The position numbers and the translations under genes are program-made. From Bdellovibrionales bacterium (lineage in GTDB: Bacteria > Bdellovibrionota > Bdellovibrionia > Bdellovibrionales > JAMPXM01), in contig JAYUEN010000006.1 of the NCBI GenBank assembly GCA_043739185.1, forward strand, positions 1-24,575: 24,575 nt of DNA, read 5' to 3'. Below, one piece after another: positions 17,257 to 24,575 of the stretch. How positions within the stretch are numbered: position 1 is the first letter of the stretch; each line of letters opens with the position of its first letter. Under the pieces are notes generated by a model, which worked only from the letters and a program-made list of their open reading frames with translations, had not been told where the DNA came from and ran no database searches.

Positions 17257-20200
17257 TTAAGTTTGTGCTGGCAATCCATCTGCATTTCGGTTCATCGTCA
17301 TTCCTGGGAGCATAACAGGTGAGTCCTGAACGTGCTCTTCAACCACGATTTTCCAACGTTTATAAGAAGCCAAACCCGTACCAGCAGGAACCAATCGGCC
17401 CATGATGATGTTCTCTTTAAGACCGCGCAAATAATCCGTTCGTGAATTAATTGCAGCATCAGTAAGAACCTTGGTGGTTTCTTGGAACGAAGCCGCTGAA
17501 ATCCAGCTATCAGTAGACAAAGAAACCTTTGTGATTCCGAGAAGTAATGGCTCAAGCGTCGCTGGCTGGCCTCCTTCTTTGATCACGCGTTCGTTTTCTT
17601 GTTCTACCAAATATCTTTCAGCTTGCTCACCTGCAAGAAGCTTCGTATCGCCAGAATCATCGACTTTTACTTTGCGAAGCATTTGGCGAACGATGACCTC
17701 AATGTGTTTATCATTGATGCTCACACCTTGTAAGCGATAAACTTCTTGAACTTCGTTCACTAGGTAAAATGCCAATTGCTTTTCACCAAGAACGGCCAAG
17801 ATATCGTGCGGATTTGTAGGACCATCCATCAAGGCTTCTCCAGCCTTAACGTATTCACCCTCTCGAACCGCAACGTGTTTACCTTTTGGAATTAAGTATT
17901 CTTTTTGCTCTCCAACTTCTGGAGTTACAATCACGCGCTGTTTACCCTTAACGTCTTTTCCGAAAGTAACGTAACCGTCGATTTCAGAAATGATCGCAGC
18001 TTCTTTAGGCTTTCTGGCCTCAAAAAGTTCAGCAACACGTGGCAGACCGCCCGTGATATCACGAGTTTTTGAAGTTTCTCTATGGATCTTCGCGATCACG
18101 TCTCCAGAGTGAACCTCTTGGCCTTCAGTTACGAGCAATTGCGCACCCACCGGAATAATATAGCGAGCTGGAATGTCACGGCCTGGAAGCATCATCTGCT
18201 TACCAGAGGCATCGTTGAGCACAACTGTTGGCTTAGTATCAGAAGATTTGGATTCAGAGATGACCTTAGTTGCAAATCCGGTAACCGCATCTACTTGTTC
18301 AGTCATGGTCACGCCCTCTTCAATATCTTGAAAAGCAACGTGTGCACTCACCTCTGAAATAATTGGATTTGAATAAGGATCCCATTCAGCTAGTACTTGG
18401 CCCTTGGTAACTTGCGCCCCTTCTCTAACCGAAAGAACTGCACCGTAAACCAACTTAAATCTTTCGCGTTCACGATTATTGGCATCAAAAATGACAACAG
18501 AACCGTTACGATTCATCACAGTCAATTTGCCTTGTTTATTAGGCACAGTGATCACATCAATTAGCTTGATGCTACCTTCATGACGAGCCGTGTGCACGCT
18601 GGCTTCAACCGCACGAGAAGCAGTACCACCTAAGTGGAATGTTCTCATCGTCAGCTGTGTACCGGGCTCACCGATCGACTGAGCTGCAATAATACCAACG
18701 GCCTCACCAAGATTTGCCAAAGTTCCACGAGATAAATCGCGGCCATAACATTTTACACATGTTCCACGACGAGTTTTGCAAGTCAGAACCGATCTAATCT
18801 TAATGCTTTCAATTGCCGCCGCTTCGATGCGTTTCACATCTTCTTCGCGGATCTCAGCATTAGCTGGCAAGATCATTTGATTTGTATATGGATCAACGAT
18901 TGGCTCTAGAGCCGTACGTCCCAAGATACGCTCGCCAAGAGGCTGAATTACTTCGCCACCTTCTATAAGTGGAGTGATGATGATTCCATCGTCTGCTCCG
19001 CAATCAACTTCTGTGATAATTACGTCTTGAGCAACGTCGACCAATCGACGAGTCAAATAACCTGAGTTTGCAGTTTTCAAAGCAGTATCGGCAAGACCCT
19101 TACGAGCTCCGTGAGTTGAAATGAAGTACTGAAGAACCGAAAGACCTTCACGGAAATTCGCCGTAATTGGAGTTTCGATAATTTCGCCAGAAGGTTTCGC
19201 CATCAATCCGCGCATTCCCGCGAGCTGACGAATCTGAGCAGCAGAACCCCGCGCTCCTGAGTCGGCCATAACGAAAATTGGGTTGAACGAAGGAGCTTTT
19301 ACAACTTTGCCATCGACAATGAAATCTTGCTTTTCAAGCTCTGCCATCATCTCTTTTGCAACACGGTCTCCAGTTTGAGCCCAGATATCCACCACTTTAT
19401 TGTAGCGCTCTCCGTCTGTGATCAAACCTTCGTCGTACTGCTGTTGAATTTCAGTCACTTGCTTTTCAGCATCAGCTAGTAGTCTAGCTTTTGAAGCTGG
19501 AATCACCATGTGATCAATACAAATCGAAATACCCGCTTTAGTCGAATATTTGAATCCGTATTCCATCATTTTATCAGCCAAAATGACGGTCGCTTTACCA
19601 CCAGCCAAACGGAAGGTCGTATCGATCAGGACCGCAAGTTGCTTCTTGTTCATAACTTGATTCACTGTTGAAAATGGAACCTCAGGCGGAACGATATCAC
19701 TCAAGATAGCGCGACCAACACTTGTTGTTTCAAGCTTACCATTGATACGAACTTTACAAGCCGCTTGCAGATCGATGTGTCCGCTCTCATACGCGTAAGT
19801 CACTTCGTCAACACTTGAGAAGATTTTACCAGTGCCTTTAGCACCTGGACGAACCCGAGTTAGCCAATACATTCCAAGCACGATATCTTGTGATGGATTA
19901 ATAATTGGTTTACCACTTGCTGGGCTCAAGATGTTGTTTGTCGACATCATCAAAACGCGAGCTTCAACTTGTGCTTCTACAGAAAGCGGAATGTGCACGG
20001 CCATTTGGTCACCGTCAAAGTCAGCGTTGAAAGCCGTACAAACCAAAGGATGCAATTGAATTGCTTTACCCTCGTGAAGAACGGGCTCAAATGCTTGTAT
20101 ACCAAGTCTGTGTAGAGTTGGCGCACGATTCAAAAGCACCGGATGCTCTTTTACTACGTCAGAAAGAATATCCCATACTTCAACTGTCTCTTGCTCAACT

Positions 20201-21399
20201 AATTTCTTTGCTTGTTTGATGGTTGTAGAGAAACCACGTTCTTCAAGTTTATTGTAAACAAAGGGCTTGAATAATTCGAGAGCCATCTTCTTTGGAAGAC
20301 CGCACTGATGAAGCTTCAAAGTTGGGCCCACAACGATAACCGATCGACCAGAGTAATCCACACGTTTACCGAGAAGATTTTGTCTGAAACGACCTTGTTT
20401 ACCTTTTAACATATCGCTTAAAGATCTTAATGGACGCTTATTAGGACCAGTGAAGGTCTTACCTCGACGGCCGTTGTCTAAGAGCGCATCAACTGCTTCT
20501 TGCAACATTCTTTTTTCGTTACGGATAATAATATCTGGAGCGTTCAATTCTTGAAGACGCTTCAAACGATTGTTTCTGTTAATTACTCTGCGATAAAGAT
20601 CGTTTAGATCTGAAGTCGCGAATCTTCCGCCATCAAGAGGAACAAGCGGGCGCAAATCTGGTGGAATAACCGGAAGTGCTTCAAGCATCATCCACTCTGA
20701 CTTATTGATAGAATCTTTGAAAGCTTCAACGACTTTTAGGCGTTTTGTTAGCTTCTTAATATTGGCTTCTGATTTAGTTTCTTTAAGCTCAATACGTAAT
20801 TTCTTAGAAAGATATTCTGGATCAATTTTGCGAAGGAGTTCGCGAACACTCTCGCCGCCCATTCCGGCTTTAAAATTTGGACCAAATTCATTCAATGCAT
20901 TTTGATAAAACTCTTCAGTTAAAACTTGACCTTCTTCAAGAGTTGTCTCGAGAGGATCAATCACAACATAAGCTTCGCAATAAAGAACTTTCTCAACGTC
21001 TTTCAAAGACAAATTAAGTAAGTTACCAATTCTGCTTGGAAGAGATCGCAAAAACCAGATGTGTGCAACCGGAGTTGCAAGTTCAATATGACCAAGTCGT
21101 TCACGTCGTACTTTAGATTGAGTGACTTCAACGCCGCACTTTTCACAGACAACGCCACGATATTTCATGCGCTTATATTTACCGCAAAGACATTCGTAAT
21201 CTTTGATTGGTCCAAAAATTTTAGCGCAAAAAAGACCATCACGCTCTGGCTTAAAAGTTCGGTAGTTAATCGTCTCTGGCTTTTTGACTTCGCCAAATGA
21301 CCAAGCTCGGATCATTTCTGGTGAAGCAAGCGAAACGCGAACAGCATCAAACGAAAGTGGATCTTTTGGTTTATCGAAGAAATTTAACAAATCTTTCAA
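17257..21399 (-). CDS. rpoC: RNA polymerase beta' subunit
   Basis: [12 protein letters not shown] catalytic motif, N-terminal Zn ribbon (CLC...CEKC), [13 protein letters not shown] and [19 protein letters not shown] start with AAGGAG SD. Confidence 0.99.
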   Translation of the reverse strand: MKDLLNFFDKPKDPLSFDAVRVSLASPEMIRAWSFGEVKKPETINYRTFKPERDGLFCAKIFGPIKDYECLCGKYKRMKYRGVVCEKCGVEVTQSKVRRERLGHIELATPVAHIWFLRSLPSRIGNLLNLSLKDVEKVLYCEAYVVIDPLETTLEEGQVLTEEFYQNALNEFGPNFKAGMGGESVRELLRKIDPEYLSKKLRIELKETKSEANIKKLTKRLKVVEAFKDSINKSEWMMLEALPVIPPDLRPLVPLDGGRFATSDLNDLYRRVINRNNRLKRLQELNAPDIIIRNEKRMLQEAVDALLDNGRRGKTFTGPNKRPLRSLSDMLKGKQGRFRQNLLGKRVDYSGRSVIVVGPTLKLHQCGLPKKMALELFKPFVYNKLEERGFSTTIKQAKKLVEQETVEVWDILSDVVKEHPVLLNRAPTLHRLGIQAFEPVLHEGKAIQLHPLVCTAFNADFDGDQMAVHIPLSVEAQVEARVLMMSTNNILSPASGKPIINPSQDIVLGMYWLTRVRPGAKGTGKIFSSVDEVTYAYESGHIDLQAACKVRINGKLETTSVGRAILSDIVPPEVPFSTVNQVMNKKQLAVLIDTTFRLAGGKATVILADKMMEYGFKYSTKAGISICIDHMVIPASKARLLADAEKQVTEIQQQYDEGLITDGERYNKVVDIWAQTGDRVAKEMMAELEKQDFIVDGKVVKAPSFNPIFVMADSGARGSAAQIRQLAGMRGLMAKPSGEIIETPITANFREGLSVLQYFISTHGARKGLADTALKTANSGYLTRRLVDVAQDVIITEVDCGADDGIIITPLIEGGEVIQPLGERILGRTALEPIVDPYTNQMILPANAEIREEDVKRIEAAAIESIKIRSVLTCKTRRGTCVKCYGRDLSRGTLANLGEAVGIIAAQSIGEPGTQLTMRTFHLGGTASRAVEASVHTARHEGSIKLIDVITVPNKQGKLTVMNRNGSVVIFDANNRERERFKLVYGAVLSVREGAQVTKGQVLAEWDPYSNPIISEVSAHVAFQDIEEGVTMTEQVDAVTGFATKVISESKSSDTKPTVVLNDASGKQMMLPGRDIPARYIIPVGAQLLVTEGQEVHSGDVIAKIHRETSKTRDITGGLPRVAELFEARKPKEAAIISEIDGYVTFGKDVKGKQRVIVTPEVGEQKEYLIPKGKHVAVREGEYVKAGEALMDGPTNPHDILAVLGEKQLAFYLVNEVQEVYRLQGVSINDKHIEVIVRQMLRKVKVDDSGDTKLLAGEQAERYLVEQENERVIKEGGQPATLEPLLLGITKVSLSTDSWISAASFQETTKVLTDAAINSRTDYLRGLKENIIMGRLVPAGTGLASYKRWKIVVEEHVQDSPVMLPGMTMNRNADGLPAQT

Positions 21400-21423
21400 A
21401 GCACATCTCCTTAACTGAGATTA

Positions 21424-21504
21424 AGTGTGAGGGGTTTAGACTCACACTGCATTTTAAAAACAAAGACAAGGAACCATTTCTAAAATTCGCGGACCAGCCG
21501 CGAA
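21424..21504 (-). other. Two hairpins in the rpoB-rpoC spacer, the first terminator-like
   Basis: Minus strand TTCGCGG-CTGGT-CCGCGAA-TTTT directly after the rpoB stop (21504-21482), then AGTGTGAG-N9-CTCACACT (21448-21424) before the rpoC SD. Confidence 0.6.
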
Positions 21505-24500
21505 CTACTGCTCAATATTCACTTTATCGGTTAAAATATCGCTCTCTACGAGCTCTACGTTCAAGGCCAAACTCTGAAGCTCTTTAACTAGAACGTTAAA
21601 TGACTCAGGCAATCCTGGCTCAAGAATGTTTTCGCCCTTTACGATGCTCTCATACATACGAGTTCTTCCTGCGACGTCATCTGACTTAACTGTGAGGAAT
21701 TCTTGTAATGAATATGCTGCGCCGTAAGCCTCAATTGCCCAGACTTCCATCTCTCCAAGTCTTTGACCACCAAACTGGGCTTTCCCTCCGAGTGGTTGTT
21801 GAGAAACAAGAGAATAGGGCCCGATTGACCTTGCGTGAATCTTCTCTTCAACCAAGTGATGCAACTTCAGCATATACATTACGCCAACAGTCACTGGGTT
21901 TTGAAATGGCTCACCACTTCTTCCGTCAAATAGGATCATCTGACCTGAAGTTGGAAGTTCAGCACGTTTCAATAGCTCTTTAACATCGGTTTCACGAGCG
22001 CCATCAAATACTGGCGTACCAACGTGAATACCATATCTCATGGTTTTAATAATTTTCTTAAGTGAGGCTTCATCTGAGTTTTTCACGGCGTCGTCGACTT
22101 CATGATCAACAAAAACTTCACCCAATGCTTTTTTAGCATTGGCATGGTTGTAGTTATCAAGCTGAGCTTGAATTTGTTCACCTAGGTTTTTCGCAGCCCA
22201 ACCCAAATGCACCTCTAAGATCTGACCAATATTCATACGCGATGGAACGCCGAGAGGGTTTAAAACCATGTCGACAGCTCTTCCGTCAGCTAAATATGGC
22301 ATATCTTCGACTGGTAGGATTTTAGAGACCACACCCTTGTTACCATGGCGACCGGCGAACTTATCACCGACTTGTAGTTTACGTTTAATCGCAACGTAAA
22401 CTTTAACCATTTTGATAACCCCAGGAGGAAGTTCGTCGCCCTTTTTAAGACGATCAAATTTCTCACTGAATACCATTTTCACAGCATCCAATTGGTTACG
22501 TGCGCCATCGATAATGCGGCTCACCTGATATTCAAGATCGCTTTCAAGCGGAATATAGCTCAAAAGCTCAAATGGAATATTCTCAAGGTCTTCGTTTGTA
22601 ATCTCTTGGCCCTTGCTCAAAAGCTTTTGTGATCCGTCCTCAGAAAGAAGTACGCCATTGGTAATTTTACCAACCAAGATAGACTTAAGTTTGCTGATCG
22701 CATTGTTACGAATAACGTTTTGTTCAACAGCCAAATCTTTTTCAAGTTTACGGCGCTTTTCATCAATAATAAGTTGCAATCGTTCGTCGCGGTCTGCTCC
22801 CTCGCGAGAGTAAACTTGAGCGTCAATGACAGTTCCTGAAACACCCGATGGTACGCGAAGTGACGTATCGCGAACATCGCCGGCTTTTTCACCGAAGATA
22901 GCGCGTAAGAGTTTTTCCTCAGGGGAAAGTTGAGTTTCACCTTTTGGAGTCACTTTACCGACCAGGATGTGCCCTGGTTTAACTTCTGCACCAATACGAA
23001 TAATACCGCTGGTATCAAGATCACTCAAAGCTTCTTCGCCAACGTTTGCGATATCGCGTGAAATCTCTTCTTTGCCTAATTTTGTATCACGAGCGATACA
23101 CTCAAACTCTTCAATGTGAATAGAGGTATAGGTATCTTCTTTGATTAGCTTTTCGGAAATCAAAATAGAGTCTTCGAAGTTGTAACCCTGCCATGGAGTA
23201 AAGGCCACCAAGATGTTTTGGCCAAGAGCCAATTCACCAAGTTCAGTCGAAGGACCGTCTGCAATAATGTCAGATTTCTTAACCTGATCACCTTTGAAAA
23301 CGATTGGCTTTTGATTGAAGCAAGTATTTTGATTAGTTCTTTGATACTTAGTTAGATTGTAAATATCAACGTTTGCGCCAAGCTCTCCGCCTTTTGCAAA
23401 ACGACGAATCACGATACGTGAAGCATCTACGTCTTCAACGATACCATCATTCAAAGCTACCACGCTTGTTCCTGAATCTCGTGCAACAAGACGCTCAACT
23501 CCCGTACCAACGAGCGGAGCTCGTGAGCGTAAGAGCGGAACAGCTTGACGTTGCATATTCGAACCCATGAGTGCTCTGTTCGCATCATCATGCTCAAGAA
23601 ATGGAATCAAACTTGCTGCGATCGAAACAAGCTGCGATGGAGAAACGTCCATCAAGCTCACTTTATCTTTATCAACGATTTCGTATTCACCATTGATTCG
23701 GCACGTAACATTATCTTGGGTGATAGCGGTTTCTTTGCTATCGCGAGTCGCCTGAGCAATATAATGACCAGCTTCTTCAAGTGCTGACATATAGTTGATC
23801 TCCTTAGAGATCGCTGCAGACTTCACTTGACGATAAGGTGTTTCGATAAATCCGTAATTATTAATTCGTGCATAAGTTGCTAGAGAGGCAATCAAACCAA
23901 TGTTTGGACCCTCTGGAGTTTCAATTGGGCAAATACGTCCGTAATGTGTTGGATGTACGTCACGTACTTCGAATCCTGCACGGTCACGGGTTAAACCTCC
24001 GGGACCAAGAGCTGACAAGCGGCGCTTGTGAGTGATCTCAGACAGTGGGTTAGTTTGATCCATAAACTGTGACAATTGCGAAGCTCCGAAGAACTCTTTT
24101 ACTACTGCATTGACAGGTTTTGCATTTACGAGATCATGAGGCATCATAGTCTCAACATCTTGCAAACTCATACGTTCGCGAATTGCGCGCTCCATACGAA
24201 CGAGTCCGATGCGATATTGATTCTCAAGCAATTCACCAACAGAACGAACGCGACGATTGCCAAGATGATCGATATCATCAACTTGACCACGACCATTTTT
24301 AAGATCGATCAAAGTTTTAACAACCGAGAGAATATCTTTATTAGTCAAAGTTCTGTGATCAACCGGAGTTTCCTCGAATGGAATCGAAAATCTGTGGTTA
24401 ATTTTCAAACGACCCACTTCGCTCAAATCATAAGTTTCAGGATCGAAGAACAAACGTTTGAAGAAAGCTTCTGAAGCCTCTTGCGTTGGTGGCTCACCGG

Positions 24501-24575
24501 GACGCAAACGCTTGTAAATCTCAAGCAATGCTTCTTCACTTGTTCCGACTTTATCTACCAACAAGGTATTGCGGA
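21505..24575 (-). CDS. rpoB: RNA polymerase beta subunit, C-terminal part (start lies beyond the window)
   Basis: [53 protein letters not shown] and [12 protein letters not shown] motifs. The frame is open to the window edge. Confidence 0.99.
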   Translation of the reverse strand, partial: RNTLLVDKVGTSEEALLEIYKRLRPGEPPTQEASEAFFKRLFFDPETYDLSEVGRLKINHRFSIPFEETPVDHRTLTNKDILSVVKTLIDLKNGRGQVDDIDHLGNRRVRSVGELLENQYRIGLVRMERAIRERMSLQDVETMMPHDLVNAKPVNAVVKEFFGASQLSQFMDQTNPLSEITHKRRLSALGPGGLTRDRAGFEVRDVHPTHYGRICPIETPEGPNIGLIASLATYARINNYGFIETPYRQVKSAAISKEINYMSALEEAGHYIAQATRDSKETAITQDNVTCRINGEYEIVDKDKVSLMDVSPSQLVSIAASLIPFLEHDDANRALMGSNMQRQAVPLLRSRAPLVGTGVERLVARDSGTSVVALNDGIVEDVDASRIVIRRFAKGGELGANVDIYNLTKYQRTNQNTCFNQKPIVFKGDQVKKSDIIADGPSTELGELALGQNILVAFTPWQGYNFEDSILISEKLIKEDTYTSIHIEEFECIARDTKLGKEEISRDIANVGEEALSDLDTSGIIRIGAEVKPGHILVGKVTPKGETQLSPEEKLLRAIFGEKAGDVRDTSLRVPSGVSGTVIDAQVYSREGADRDERLQLIIDEKRRKLEKDLAVEQNVIRNNAISKLKSILVGKITNGVLLSEDGSQKLLSKGQEITNEDLENIPFELLSYIPLESDLEYQVSRIIDGARNQLDAVKMVFSEKFDRLKKGDELPPGVIKMVKVYVAIKRKLQVGDKFAGRHGNKGVVSKILPVEDMPYLADGRAVDMVLNPLGVPSRMNIGQILEVHLGWAAKNLGEQIQAQLDNYNHANAKKALGEVFVDHEVDDAVKNSDEASLKKIIKTMRYGIHVGTPVFDGARETDVKELLKRAELPTSGQMILFDGRSGEPFQNPVTVGVMYMLKLHHLVEEKIHARSIGPYSLVSQQPLGGKAQFGGQRLGEMEVWAIEAYGAAYSLQEFLTVKSDDVAGRTRMYESIVKGENILEPGLPESFNVLVKELQSLALNVELVESDILTDKVNIEQ

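Noticed and set aside
22617..22940. Same-strand alternative-frame ORFs inside rpoB, fusA and rpsK (22617-22940, 21639-21851, 15897-16079, 1133-1339)
   Set aside because: They are nested out of frame in intact genes with no recognisable protein features, and the host genes need no frameshift.
23990..24095. Possible rifampicin-resistance substitutions in rpoB cluster I
   Set aside because: The sequence [29 protein letters not shown] keeps the sensitive-type Gln, Asp, His and Ser residues.
1..24575. A novel multi-gene defence, secretion or biosynthetic system
   Set aside because: Every gene except one lipoprotein is a recognisable core transcription or translation gene. The sequence gives no support for such a system.

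Overview
This window is a core housekeeping region with every real gene on the minus strand. In transcription order it holds rpoB (5'-truncated), rpoC, rpsL, rpsG, fusA, an orphan lipoprotein gene, the S10 cluster (rpsJ to rpsQ), the spc cluster (rplN, rplE to secY), adk, rpmJ, rpsM, rpsK, rpsD and rpoA (3'-truncated). From memory of the protein families (no search run), the sequences most resemble Bdellovibrio-like bacteria (Bdellovibrionota). I see no mobile element, CRISPR array, tRNA or rRNA gene, or accessory multi-gene system. The departures from the canonical layout are: (1) rplX (L24) is absent and rplE appears to use rplX's usual position, Shine-Dalgarno and possibly its first codons; (2) the ~300-nt S10 leader has three hairpins and a 14/15-nt long-range complementarity, a candidate ribosomal-protein leader or switch; (3) tuf is absent after fusA and a lipoprotein gene sits in its place; (4) fusA has degenerate domain-IV loops like recycling-type EF-G2, follows a terminator, and is bracketed by two related GC-rich palindromes; (5) map and infA are missing after adk. 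Smaller oddities are an S12 PGV-to-PGC change, S17 extensions and GTG starts concentrated in 30S genes.
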